This document shows positions 39,432-48,520 of a DNA stretch of 48,520 bases, one piece after another (positions within the stretch are counted from its first letter, which is position 1; each line of letters starts with the position of its first letter). This DNA comes from Planctomycetota bacterium (GTDB lineage Bacteria; Planctomycetota; PLA2; JAEUHO01): the NCBI GenBank assembly GCA_050248855.1, contig JBFWRP010000033.1, forward strand, positions 1-48,520, written 5' to 3'. A model generated the notes under the pieces. That model worked only from the letters and a program-made list of their open reading frames with translations, did no database searches and was not told where the DNA came from. Both the position numbers and the translations under genes were made by a program.

Positions 39432-40172
39432 ATGCTCGCCGTGCCGTTGTTCGAGGCCTTCTTCCGAGGTCCCCTCTGGGCCGAGGTCCAACGACTTCGC
39501 TACACGCCGGAGTCTGCCGCAGCGATCGCCACGGCCGTTCGCGGTCTCCTGGCCCTCGAGCCGGGACACCGCGTCCTCGACGTGCCCTGCGGCAACGGGC
39601 CGATTGCGATCCCGCTGGCCGCAGCGGGCCTGGCAGTGAGCGGCGTTGACCTCCTCGCGGAGCGTCTCGAGGAGGCACGATTGGCGGCTGAGACCGCTGG
39701 CATCACGCTCGACCTGCACCAGGGCGACATGCGGGAGCTGCCGTGGACGTCGTGTTTCGACGCGGCGATCTGCTTCTGGGGCAGCTTCGGCTACTTCGGC
39801 GAGGTCGGCGACGAGGCGTTCGCGCGGGCCGTGCACCAGACCCTCGTACCGGGCGGTCGCTTCCTGATCGAGGGCCCGTCCTTGGAGACGATCGGGCCGC
39901 ACTACCAAGCGGAGAGCTGCGCCCAGCTCGGCGACATCACCATCGAGGAACGACGCCAGCTCGACTTCGTCACCGGCGTACTCGACGACGACTGGACCTT
40001 CCGGCGCGGCGACAAGGTCGAGCTCGCCCGCACGTCGATCCGCATGTACTCGGTCGCCGAGCTCTCAGCGCTGCTGCGGCGAGCCGGCTTCCGAGAGGTC
40101 CACGCGCACGCGGACCTCAAGGGCACGCCCTTCACCTTTGGAGCGCGCCTGCACTTGGTCGCCCTCGCGTGA
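39432..40172 (+). CDS. Class I SAM-dependent methyltransferase
   Basis: RVLDVPCGNG, GVDL, GDMRELP, FDAAIC..SFGYF, PGGRFLI. Confidence 0.88.
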   Translation: MLAVPLFEAFFRGPLWAEVQRLRYTPESAAAIATAVRGLLALEPGHRVLDVPCGNGPIAIPLAAAGLAVSGVDLLAERLEEARLAAETAGITLDLHQGDMRELPWTSCFDAAICFWGSFGYFGEVGDEAFARAVHQTLVPGGRFLIEGPSLETIGPHYQAESCAQLGDITIEERRQLDFVTGVLDDDWTFRRGDKVELARTSIRMYSVAELSALLRRAGFREVHAHADLKGTPFTFGARLHLVALA

Positions 40173-40193
40173 GGGGCGCTGCCGTGCGAGGCC

Positions 40194-40622
40194 TTACTTG
40201 GGTGGCCAGCGATGCGTGGTCTCGTTGTCGTCCACGTGCAAGACGCCCATGGGTCCGAGGTTCAGGGACTTCACGATCGAGTCGTCGACCGTGCTGAAGC
40301 GTGCGATCCCCATCGACCTCTCGTCCGCCCTCAGGGCCGCCAGCCAGAGGCTCGGTGCGCGACTCCCATCGAACAGTCGGATGGCCGTGCACCCCCCCTC
40401 TTCGCCGATCTCGACGCGCGTCACACCCTTCTCGTCCGTCAGCGTCAGCTCGATGCCCGAGCCAGGCCGCTCCGGGACGCCGATGTAGGCGCGGACCCGG
40501 CCCTCGGCATCCACCACCGACAGCGAGCGCACGGTGAGGTGCTCCGGAGCCCGCTTCTCCTCGGCTGCGAGCGACCCGGACAGGGTCCACGCCACCAAGA
40601 CCCCCACGATGACTCCACGCAT
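40194..40622 (-). CDS. Hypothetical secreted protein
   Basis: GAGG RBS, signal peptide, VVDAEGRVRA and LTDEKGVTR beta repeats. Confidence 0.6.
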   Translation of the reverse strand: MRGVIVGVLVAWTLSGSLAAEEKRAPEHLTVRSLSVVDAEGRVRAYIGVPERPGSGIELTLTDEKGVTRVEIGEEGGCTAIRLFDGSRAPSLWLAALRADERSMGIARFSTVDDSIVKSLNLGPMGVLHVDDNETTHRWPPK

Positions 40623-40670
40623 GTGACCTCCTCGCTTCACGGTGAGCGCACACTCATCGTGCCGTACATC

Positions 40671-41165
40671 TCAGGGACCTGCACACAGCCCCGTGATGAC
40701 CTCGTGGCTGGCGAGTGGGAACAGGCGCTCGACGAAGGCCACCGCCTCGGAGTCGGGGCCCAGCACGGCGCCGCGGAGGAGGGCGAACGAGAGGCCGCGA
40801 TCGGCGGCGCCGCGCGCCGTGGCGAGCACGCACTGCTCGGCGCGATAGCCGCAGAACCAGACGAAGTCGATTTCGAGCTCGTCAAGCAGCTCGGGGAGGC
40901 CGGGCTCGACGAACACGTTCGACGCGACCTTCTCGACGTGTGGATCCGCAGGGTCCACGTGGAGGAGGTCGTGCAGGCGGCCGCGCGGATCGGTGGGTGC
41001 GATCGTCTCGTGGTCGCGCACCCAGATCACCGGGTGGCCCGCCTCGCGCAGGGCGCCGGCCACGTGGTTGATGACCTCGATGGCGTCGTCGAGCGGCGGC
41101 GTCAGGGCCACATGCCGCTCGAGGAAGCAGACCTGCATGTCGATCACGACGAGGGCATGACGCAT
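40671..41165 (-). CDS. Isochorismatase-family cysteine hydrolase
   Basis: ALVVIDMQ, VEK..SNVF, GYRAEQCVLATA. Confidence 0.88.
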   Translation of the reverse strand: MRHALVVIDMQVCFLERHVALTPPLDDAIEVINHVAGALREAGHPVIWVRDHETIAPTDPRGRLHDLLHVDPADPHVEKVASNVFVEPGLPELLDELEIDFVWFCGYRAEQCVLATARGAADRGLSFALLRGAVLGPDSEAVAFVERLFPLASHEVITGLCAGP

Positions 41166-41174
41166 CGCATGAGG

Positions 41175-41633
41175 CTACTCCCGAGGGCTTGGTGCGGAGG
41201 GCTGCGAGTCGCCCTCGGGCTCGGCCACGAGGTGGGGAATCGCCGTGTCCAGGTTGCGTCGGTAGACGCGCGCGAAGAGCCGGCCGAACACGGCCGTGCC
41301 CAGGCCGCCCACGTCCACTCGGAACGTCACCTCGCTCGCCTGCGGTCCTGCCGCGTCGATCACGTGGTCGTAGTCCACCCGCAGCCATGGGAAGCGCCCG
41401 GCCCACATCCACGAGCGCGGCGGGTCGAAGCGGACCATCCGGAAGCCCGTCGGGATCCCGCCCGCCAGGCGGAAGACCCCCACGGAGTCCGGGCGCAGGG
41501 GTCCCTCGGGCTCCAGCTCCGCCGACCTCGGGTGCCTCGCCCACGACGGCCAAGCGGTCACGCCAGCGAGGTGGGCTTGGAGCGCGGCCTGACTCCGCCC
41601 GACCTGGACGCGTCGTTCGACGAGGGTCTTCAC
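41175..41633 (-). CDS. SRPBCC/polyketide-cyclase-like protein (start approximate)
   Basis: LAGVTAWPSW, GPLRP, FDPPRSWMW, DHVID. Confidence 0.7.
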   Translation of the reverse strand: MKTLVERRVQVGRSQAALQAHLAGVTAWPSWARHPRSAELEPEGPLRPDSVGVFRLAGGIPTGFRMVRFDPPRSWMWAGRFPWLRVDYDHVIDAAGPQASEVTFRVDVGGLGTAVFGRLFARVYRRNLDTAIPHLVAEPEGDSQPSAPSPRE

Positions 41634-41695
41634 GGAGGAAGGATGGCACGCGAGCCGCCTCGCCACCTGACCCCCGCCCCCGCCGCGCCGAAGCC

Positions 41696-41808
41696 CACCC
41701 GGGACTAAAGTTGTCCGAACGTCCGGACACTCTGCCGCGGCCAAAGCCCTGACTTCCGGGACACCCGGGACCAAAGTTGTCCGAACGTTCGGACAACTTT
41801 GGTCCCGG
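41696..41808. repeat. 34-bp direct repeat pair; the second copy is part of a perfect 44-bp palindrome
   Basis: CACCCGGGACYAAAGTTGTCCGAACGTYCGGACA at 41696 and 41762; 41765-41808 is a spacer-less perfect palindrome. Confidence 0.9.
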
Positions 41809-42130
41809 TTGGGCTGCTGCCGGAGACGCGTCCGGGGACACGTGAGGGTGGCCGCGCGGGCCGGAGCTGCCCCTCCTCGGTGATCTGCCAGAAGCCCCGC
41901 CGGGGCGCGCTGGACAGGCCGGCTCGTTTGAGGCGGTCATGGGCCCAGCCAATGCGATTGCGGTAGACGGCCTGCCGCCCGCTGGGCAGCAGCTCCCCGC
42001 GCTCCACCTCCGAGAGGCCCACCAGATCGGCCACGAGGGGGGCGGCTTCGGAACTCCGCAAGCCCTGCGGATGGCCCGCCAGGATCCGGAGGAGCGGGTA
42101 CATGAAGTGGTCGTAGGTGGGGATGGGCAT
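41705..42130 (-). pseudogene. mrr: Mrr restriction protein, N-terminal winged-helix domain only
   Basis: MPIPTYDHFMYPLL..LLPSGRQAVYRNRIGWAHDRLKRAGL..RRGFWQITEEG, then the frame drifts into repeat DNA. No catalytic domain. Confidence 0.8.
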
Positions 42131-42272
42131 GCGAGGGAAGGGATAGCGGAAGACGGCTGGCTCCGCCACAGGTGCTTGCATCAACGGAGAATGGAGCGGT
42201 GGCCGTTGCCGGCGATCTGCCCGGGCAAGCCCGTCGGCCGTACTCTGCCCCCGTGACAGACACATCTAGGCC

Positions 42273-42400
42273 CAATGGCGGTTACTTAGCCGCTTGGGGC
42301 GGGCCTCCTGGGGCCCTTGAGGGGATAGCTCGACATCTTGATCTTCACTGCGCGTGGGTAGTTGCGCCGGGGTCGGCGAGGGACAGGCCATTCGTCGAAT
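42273..42400 (-). mobile_element. IS4-family transposase C-terminal remnant with right IR
   Basis: RRPRRNYPRAVKIKMSSYPLK followed by CTAAGTAACCGCCATTG. Confidence 0.65.
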
Positions 42401-42534
42401 CCAGTTCGCGGACCTGCTGCTCTCGCTCGCGGCTGAGCACGCCAAGGCCGCAGCAGCCAACGCGACGACGTAGTCGGTCCTGTGATCCCCCGGCGTGCCC
42501 CGACTGTGGGTAGACTTCCTGCAGGAGGATCGAC

Positions 42535-42804
42535 ATGGAGTTCCGGGTAGTAGACGTACTGGAGAAGAACACGGCATTGACAGATCCGGGCGACGGACTG
42601 CAGTCCCGGTACATCCTGACCGCGCACGAGCATGGCGGCGTCTGGCACGCATCCGTCGTCGCTGGCCACGGTCACAATCCGGGGGTGCCCATGTGCGCCT
42701 CAGGCCGGACTGCGGATGATGCGTTCAAGCCGATCGTGGATGGGATCCACCGGGTCAGCACCCAGCCCGGTCTTCGGCTGGACGTTGTCGAGTTCAAGCA
42801 ATGA
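42535..42804 (+). CDS. Small hypothetical protein
   Basis: AGGAGG RBS before ATG; protein-like composition. Confidence 0.55.
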   Translation: MEFRVVDVLEKNTALTDPGDGLQSRYILTAHEHGGVWHASVVAGHGHNPGVPMCASGRTADDAFKPIVDGIHRVSTQPGLRLDVVEFKQ

Positions 42805-43151
42805 GCACTCCGCATGCGGGCGCGAGGAGTGCAGCGGGCACCGAGACCCTCCAGCCGCTTCGATTCGCGCCCCATCTATCCGGGCCGAGCAGTTGGCGCT
42901 CGGTTCCAGAGGCCCAAGTTGTTACCGGTAGGCTGCGGGGGTCAATCGGTCGGTCTCCCGGCACGCCCACTCGCGTGGAACTGCAGGCGGGCGCGAGTGC
43001 CACCGCTGCAACTCGATCGTCCCCTGCAAGGGCAATGGCCTGGTGTCGGAACTAGTTGATCGAGTGAGCTAGTCTGCGCAGGCGCTGGCTCCGAGCACAG
43101 GGTAGACTCTGGCCCGTAGCGCCCCTGAGGGCGGCCGACGGGGGCTCCGAC

Positions 43152-43619
43152 TTGTGGGGAGCCGCGGTCGAGCCTGTAGTCAGTCCGAGACGGTGTACCA
43201 GCGTGGGTGACTCGCATGCCGAAGTCCCGGGGGGCGACGCCTCCGTCGAGGTCTTGAAGAGTCATTGGAACACCGGGGTGATCGGCTTGAGTCCCCCTCA
43301 GGTACTTCGCATCGTTGACGGCATTGGGAACGTGCACCTGATCGATCAGGTCGGGGTCTGGTGCGGTCCATACGAGGTGGGGCCGCACTCGACGTGGGGC
43401 GTCCCGTTCCGGCCTGGGTCCGCGTTGTCGAGGGAGGGGGCGCACGCCCCGCCCGGGCTGCCTTTGGATCTTCCCGAGGGAACCCGTCGTATCTGGGTCC
43501 AGAGGCAGTACAGCGGGTTCGTCGACGTGAGGTGTCATCGCGGTGGGTGCGCGCCGGAAGCCTCAAGCCCCATCGAGGGAAGTCGCGGCCCCGACGACGA
43601 TGCCTCTACGCCTTCATGA
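43152..43619 (+). CDS. Hypothetical protein (start uncertain)
   Basis: The most protein-like ORF in this stretch; no motif recognised. Confidence 0.35.
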   Translation: MWGAAVEPVVSPRRCTSVGDSHAEVPGGDASVEVLKSHWNTGVIGLSPPQVLRIVDGIGNVHLIDQVGVWCGPYEVGPHSTWGVPFRPGSALSREGAHAPPGLPLDLPEGTRRIWVQRQYSGFVDVRCHRGGCAPEASSPIEGSRGPDDDASTPS

Positions 43620-44304
43620 GCCGCACTCGGGGGCGAGCCGCAGGCTTGGGGCGGAGGGGTAGGCCGCCGCAATCGCTGGACCCAGTCGCTCGACGACGGC
43701 ACATGAGTCATCGCCACGTCCACCCGAGTGCGGCGGCACCGTGGGGTAGCCCCATTTTCTGGGCCTAGACGGCCAAGCGCACCCTCCACAGCACGGGTCG
43801 CGGCTATGTATCGACGGGGGTCGCCCCGACCATTCTTCCCGTCCTCCGCTGCACCTCCTTGCCGTTCCACGCCGCTATCTGCGGGGCTTGGGAGGGACCG
43901 CCGTCGCGGGGGCGCCGCCGAGGCCCCGGCCGCCTAGCGGCAACGAGCGGCATGCAACCGCAGCGAACGGGCGTGAAGGTGGCCAGGGGATTGGCCAGGT
44001 GGGGTGGCGAACGCGGTCGCCCTGGGCGAGCGCGGGGCCACGCGTCGCCTCCGCGAACTCGCCAACCAGGGCGGCGGGCAGACCGTGACGCGTAGTTCTC
44101 TCCCGTGCCCCGAGCGGGCTAGGGCCCCTGCCGGAGCATCCGCTCCGCCAGCTCGCGGGTGAAGCTCGGCCCGAAGCGTGGATCCAGGATCGCCGTGGGG
44201 ATGTGTGTCGGCGGCGCAGGCTAGACTCCCGTTGGAGAGTCGGGGTGATGTGTGCAGCATCGGGCTGCCCTCATCGCGCCCGCGTATGGATCTTGGAGCG
44301 CGAC

Positions 44305-44610
44305 ATGGTGACCGTGACGATCGGTGGCGAGACGCACAGCCTGGACGATGCACTTCGAGGGTGGCTGCAACAGCACCTGAGGAAGAAGGAGGCGGGCCTG
44401 CCGCTCTGCGTAATCGTCCACATCAAGAAGGATGACATCGACCTTCGGCTCGCCGCCGGAGACTGCCCGCCGGGAGGCGGGGGATACCGCCCGCCTCGTC
44501 CCTCTGAGAGGCAGATCATCGATGCTTGGAACGGCAGAGGCCTTGGTGGTTCTGCCTTCAAGCCCGGCGACCTGATTTCGATGTTGCAGCAGTTCCGTCG
44601 TCTCTGCTGA
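44305..44610 (+). CDS. Small hypothetical protein upstream of the DUF4062 gene
   Basis: GGAG RBS; 101 aa; 27 nt gap to the next gene. Confidence 0.6.
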   Translation: MVTVTIGGETHSLDDALRGWLQQHLRKKEAGLPLCVIVHIKKDDIDLRLAAGDCPPGGGGYRPPRPSERQIIDAWNGRGLGGSAFKPGDLISMLQQFRRLC

Positions 44611-44637
44611 CCCTGGCGACATCACCGAGGAATCGCC

Positions 44638-45792
44638 ATGCACGACGTGCCTGACCCTCTGCTTGTTGATCTGGCTTCGGCCGCGGCCCAGCCCTCCGAC
44701 GCTGAAGTCCGGGCTTGGGCCGCCGAACACCGGGTCTTCATCTCCAGTGTGATCGGCGGGATGGAGGCCGAACGCACCGCTGTCGCTGATGTCGTGCGGG
44801 CCTTCGGTGCCCAGCCCGTGATGTTCGAGGACTTTGGGGGAATGGACTCCGACGCAACCCTCGCCTACCTGTCGGAGGTGAGTTCCTCGGACATCTACGT
44901 GGGGATCCTCGGTGTGAAGTATGGAAGGCCGCTGCCCAGTCGGTTCAGCGCGACTCACGAGGAGTTCTTGGAGGCCGAGCAGCAGGGTCTGCGGATCTGC
45001 GTGTGGGCTGCCTCGTTGGGCGACCTGGAAGGTCATCAGCAGTCATTCCTCGACGAAGTCCGCGTGTTCTACGTGGCCACCACGTACGCGTCACCTGAGG
45101 ACCTTGGAAGCCAAGTGAAGCGTAGGCTCCAGAAGATCGCGGCTGAGGAACTATCGCCTTGGTGCAAACTCGGCACCACAGTCTTTCGTGCCGTCGAGGT
45201 GTCGGAGGACGGGGCGAACATTCGGATCCGGGCCCAGATCCGCGATGTCGAGGTGGCAGCGGCACTACAGCGGATGCGCCCGGGACAGTACGCCGGAGGT
45301 CTGCGAACGGCGTTCACCTGGTCGAGGGGCTGCGTTCCCGTTGAAGTTCGCAAGGTCGAGACGACCACCAGGGCCTCTAGGCTGACCGAGATTGCGGTCG
45401 AATGCGTCGTTACGAACCAGTTCGAGCAGCCGCAGTTCATCCCGGTTGCATCGGAAGGTCGCAGCGCAGATGACCTCACGGAGCTTGCCCTGCGAGTGGC
45501 GCTCTTGGGGGAACAGAATCCCCTCCGCTCGCTCGCGTCCCTGGCGACGATCGCGGACCCGCTCGCGCCCCTTCGAGCGCTGCGTATCCCTCAGGACAGC
45601 TTGGGATCCATCGCACGGCTCCTAGTGACGGAGTCCCTAGTGGTTCCAGGACGGGCCGAGCGCGTGACGGCCTTCAAGCTAGGCGTGGCCGTACGCGACG
45701 AGAGGCGACTTCGCCTCTCTTGGATGCCGCCAAATCAGTACGGCAACAGGAGGGCTGTAGAGCGCTCTATCGAGGGCGTTGTTCGACTCTAG
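44638..45792 (+). CDS. DUF4062 (TIR/nucleoside-deoxyribosyltransferase-like) domain protein
   Basis: RVFISSV..MEAER, SDIYVGILGVKYG, SATHEEFLEA. Confidence 0.85.
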   Translation: MHDVPDPLLVDLASAAAQPSDAEVRAWAAEHRVFISSVIGGMEAERTAVADVVRAFGAQPVMFEDFGGMDSDATLAYLSEVSSSDIYVGILGVKYGRPLPSRFSATHEEFLEAEQQGLRICVWAASLGDLEGHQQSFLDEVRVFYVATTYASPEDLGSQVKRRLQKIAAEELSPWCKLGTTVFRAVEVSEDGANIRIRAQIRDVEVAAALQRMRPGQYAGGLRTAFTWSRGCVPVEVRKVETTTRASRLTEIAVECVVTNQFEQPQFIPVASEGRSADDLTELALRVALLGEQNPLRSLASLATIADPLAPLRALRIPQDSLGSIARLLVTESLVVPGRAERVTAFKLGVAVRDERRLRLSWMPPNQYGNRRAVERSIEGVVRL

Positions 45793-45852
45793 GGGGGTCG
45801 GTCGGATGCCCGATCAAACTCCTCGCCGAACAGCCAGCAACGGAGGATACGC

Positions 45853-46761
45853 ATGCACGATGAATCCGAAGGCCAGGTGTTCGATCGCTTCACGGAGTTG
45901 GAGCCGGGCGTCAAGACCGGGTTGGGCAACGCGCTCAATGTAAGAGGTGTGGGGGCCGAGTACGAGGCCGCAGCTGCGTTCCGTGGAACGGACTGGGAGG
46001 TTCGACTGCGGCCGAACTACATCGATGCGGATGGAAAGAAGAGCCGCGAGTACGACCTGAGGGCGGCAGTGACTGCGAAAGCCGAGACCACAGAGGGCGA
46101 GCCCTGCCTGACCACGCTGACCCTCGCCATGGAGGTGAAGGGTGTTCGATACACACCCTGGGTGGTATTGCGGGCGCCCAAGGGCATCTTGACGCCTCTT
46201 GAGAGTTGGGTTCCTGTGATCTCCGGCGGGCTTCGGCAGGACGATCTGGCTGGCATCGCGGCGACGATGCGGAGGAATGGACATCCGCTGCTTGAGCCGG
46301 GCAGTGCCACTCGTGGCAAGAAGCTGCACATTGATGCCGGGATTACGGAGCCCCTCCGCCCCAAGAACAAGCCGCAGGGGTCTCGGACCGAACTCTGGCT
46401 AGAGGCCTCGCTAGCCGCATGCAAGGCAGCAGAACATGTGGCCAGTGAGCGGATGCGCAGGGGTGAGGGAGCGGGATCCGATCCGGTTGGCGGGCGTGAC
46501 TGGACAGGGGTTCTCCACGTGGTCCAGCCCGTCGTCGTCCTGGACGGAATGCTCGTCGCCGCTGCGCGCAGCGGTGAAGGTGATTGGGACATCGAGAGAG
46601 TCCCGGCGGCGCAGATCGAGTTCGAGTTTGCCACCGAACGATACTCTCGCAGGCTGTATCGCGTGGATGTGGTCGCTATCGACCACCTTCCGCACTACAT
46701 CCGCGTCATGGAGCATCTTGCAAGGGCGCTTCACGACTTCAACGTCGCCCGCCCCAGGTAG
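45853..46761 (+). CDS. PD-(D/E)XK restriction-endonuclease-like protein
   Basis: GGAGG RBS; E in G..AEYEA, YID..KSREYDLRA, AMEVK, PWVV, PVVVLDG. Confidence 0.65.
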   Translation: MHDESEGQVFDRFTELEPGVKTGLGNALNVRGVGAEYEAAAAFRGTDWEVRLRPNYIDADGKKSREYDLRAAVTAKAETTEGEPCLTTLTLAMEVKGVRYTPWVVLRAPKGILTPLESWVPVISGGLRQDDLAGIAATMRRNGHPLLEPGSATRGKKLHIDAGITEPLRPKNKPQGSRTELWLEASLAACKAAEHVASERMRRGEGAGSDPVGGRDWTGVLHVVQPVVVLDGMLVAAARSGEGDWDIERVPAAQIEFEFATERYSRRLYRVDVVAIDHLPHYIRVMEHLARALHDFNVARPR

Positions 46762-47209
46762 ATAGAGCTACTTCAGGTCAGGCCCGAACCGCATCGGCCG
46801 TTGCTTGGTCATGAGCAGCTCGGAGCCTGCCGCTCGTGCCGATTGCCCAGTCCGGAGTGGCTGTCAGGACGCGAAGCCGCCGTCGGCGGGACCTTCGCCG
46901 TCCGCCCATCGGCCGCCCGAATGCTCCAACTCCTTCCAGTCGACCCTTGGATGGCGGAGTCGCCCTTGGATGGCCCTGACCACCAGCTGTCGGCCTTGCT
47001 CAAGCAGCTCTCCTGGCCGCGGCTTCCCCTTCTGGGGCGTACCGAGTGCGGGCAAATCCCATGAACTAGCGTGACCCCTTCGCGGTCCTCCACCGGGGAG
47101 ACCTAGCCGCTAGGGGGATCCCCTGTGACTGCGACAGCGCTTCGACGCTTGCCTTGCGGACCCGACGGCGCCCGGCCAGTCCTTCCCAGACGTCACAATG
47201 GGCATGGGC

Positions 47210-47358
47210 TGTCACAGACCGGCATATCAGGTCCACCCGTAGCTCGGCAAAGCTGGTCCACCCCAAGCGCACGGTGAGGTAGGTCCAGCTCGGCAAAGCT
47301 GGTCCACCCCAGGTCGGCAAAGCTGGTCCACCCCGGGTCGGCAGAGCTGGTCCACCCC
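47210..47358 (+). mobile_element. IS21-family left end with subterminal repeats
   Basis: Starts TGTCA; TCGGCARAGCTGGTCCACCCC at 47244, 47290, 47314 and 47338, plus a partial copy at 47221; upstream of an IstA N-terminus. Confidence 0.8.
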
Positions 47359-47438
47359 GAGCGCTCGCCGAGGCCGGCCCTGGCCGGGCCCGGTGCCGCC
47401 CCCACCCTCCCCGGACGAACCCCGTCCAGGAGGAGCCG

Positions 47439-47681
47439 ATGGGCGCGCAAAGGACCGACATGCATCGACTGCAGGAGCTCGTTCGCTACCACCGGCTGGG
47501 CCGTAGTGCCCGGGACATCGCCCGGCTGCTGGGGATGGGCCGCGACACGATCCGCGGCTACGCGGCGCTGCTTGGGCAGGCCGGGCTGCTGGAGGGTGAC
47601 GCCGACGAGCTGCCGGCGCTGGACGCGCCGGCCGAGACGGTGAAGGCGCACATGCCCCCGCCGGTGTCATGCCCGGTGTAG
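47439..47681 (+). pseudogene. istA: Truncated IS21 transposase IstA (HTH only)
   Basis: AGGAGG RBS; RTDMHRLQELVRYHRLGRSARDIARLLGMGRDTIRGY; stops after 80 aa. Confidence 0.78.
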
Positions 47682-48011
47682 TTGTCGTCGGTGCACCGCG
47701 GCAATTGTCGGTCGGCACGCGACCCGTTCGCGTGAGAGGTCGCTTCGGTTCTCGCGCTCTTCAATGCTCACGGCACCCCGCTCGACCCTCCTACGGTCAT
47801 CGCATGCAAGCGAAGTAGCGGGAGGCGCGTGACCGCACCTGCCGGTCGCGAAGGAGGATGCCGTGATAAGGCCTTGGCAGGGCGGGACGCTTGCGAGTTC
47901 TGGAGGATCCGGCCGGTCTTGCGCCCCCCCCGCTTGCTGCGCCCCGTAATCGGGCGCATCGTCTCCTTTGCCTGGCGCAACGTGCATCATCGAGGCGGCG
48001 TCCCGCGCTTG

Positions 48012-48398
48012 CTAACCAAGTGCCTTCGCCGCCTTCTTCAGGTCCTCTCGACTTGAGTGGGCGTAGATGTTTGTCGTGGCGATATCAGCGTGTCCCAGCC
48101 AGTCACGCACGGTTGGAAGCGGCGTTCCTTGGCGCAGCAGGAGGGTCGCACATGTATGCCGCAGCGGATGCCACGAGACCTGGGGGACCTTGGCGTCACG
48201 GCAGATGCGCTTGAGGACGTCGATGCTGCACTTGACGCGGACGATGTGCGCCCTGGCGGCCCGGTGGCGCTCCAGGGCGGCCCGCAGCCGCTGGGTCATC
48301 GGGATGACACGATCCCGGTGCGTCTTCGTGCCCCGGACGGTCAGGAGGCCCTGCTCCCAATCGATGTCCTCCCACCGCGCAGCTTGGATTTCGCCTAG
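48012..48398 (-). pseudogene. Tyrosine recombinase C-terminal part, interrupted by an IS
   Basis: LGEIQAARWEDID, HPLRHTCAT, LGHADIATTNIY; the catalytic TG.R motif is cut off at a CTAG. Confidence 0.85.
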
Positions 48399-48520
48399 TA
48401 CCACAGCGCTACTTTTCACAGCGTCGCCGGGCATCGCGGCAGCGTCGCGGGGTCGATTCCCATCGCCTCGAGCTCTCGTAGGCGTCGTTTCTCGTGGGAG
48501 CGGCGCGCTGCCTCGTTGCG
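48395..48520 (-). mobile_element. IS701-family element right end with transposase C-terminus
   Basis: Minus strand RNEAARRSHEKRR...* (stop 48416-48418) then AAGTAGCGCTGTGGTACTAG, an IS701-type end at a CTAG target. Confidence 0.7.

Noticed and set aside
41696..41808. Two palindromic 34-bp repeats 66 bp apart as a CRISPR remnant
   Set aside because: Only two units, the second extends into a longer perfect palindrome, and there is no leader or cas gene.
42800..44300. tRNA or ncRNA attachment site for the island
   Set aside because: No T-loop (GTTCGA) with cloverleaf or other recognisable RNA family was seen by eye.
46768..47055. Minus-strand frame with an in-frame TGA at 46864 as a second selenoprotein
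   Set aside because: No redox motif, no evident SECIS and no recognisable homology; likely noise or decayed DNA.
47244..47358. 21-bp repeats resembling a mini CRISPR array
   Set aside because: Spacers are mostly 3 nt, there are no cas genes, and the position before istA marks them as IS21 subterminal repeats.

Overview
Very GC-rich bacterial window, probably Planctomycetota-like. This is inferred from a giant carboxypeptidase-regulatory-like repeat protein, a planctomycete cytochrome-c-like domain and Cys-studded beta-barrels. Both ends run into IS termini, as at an assembly break. Left to right it holds: a TonB-dependent receptor, a thioesterase, a methyltransferase, a vanadium-haloperoxidase-like lipoprotein, rtcB-rtcA, small enzymes (ATP-grasp, TPR-esterase, VOC, GNAT, NUDIX), a Fur-family gene divergent from a His-rich outer-membrane protein, a five-gene flavoprotein/Rieske/cytochrome b/multiheme c operon, tryptophanase and an RlmM-like methyltransferase. 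From ~41.7 kb there is a decayed mobile/defence island (Mrr remnant, IS4, IS21 and IS701 pieces, DUF4062 plus PD-(D/E)XK genes, a broken integrase). Best finding: two 'separate' ORFs at 35039-36490 (-) form one in-frame gene resembling eukaryotic Selenoprotein N (DDQSC-UGA-PSG), with an fdhF-like SECIS hairpin just after the UGA. Second: the bc-complex flavoprotein carries a ~430-aa N-terminal extension that looks like a degenerate deoxyribohydrolase-like plus TPR sensor module. All family assignments come from motif recognition by eye; no searches were run.
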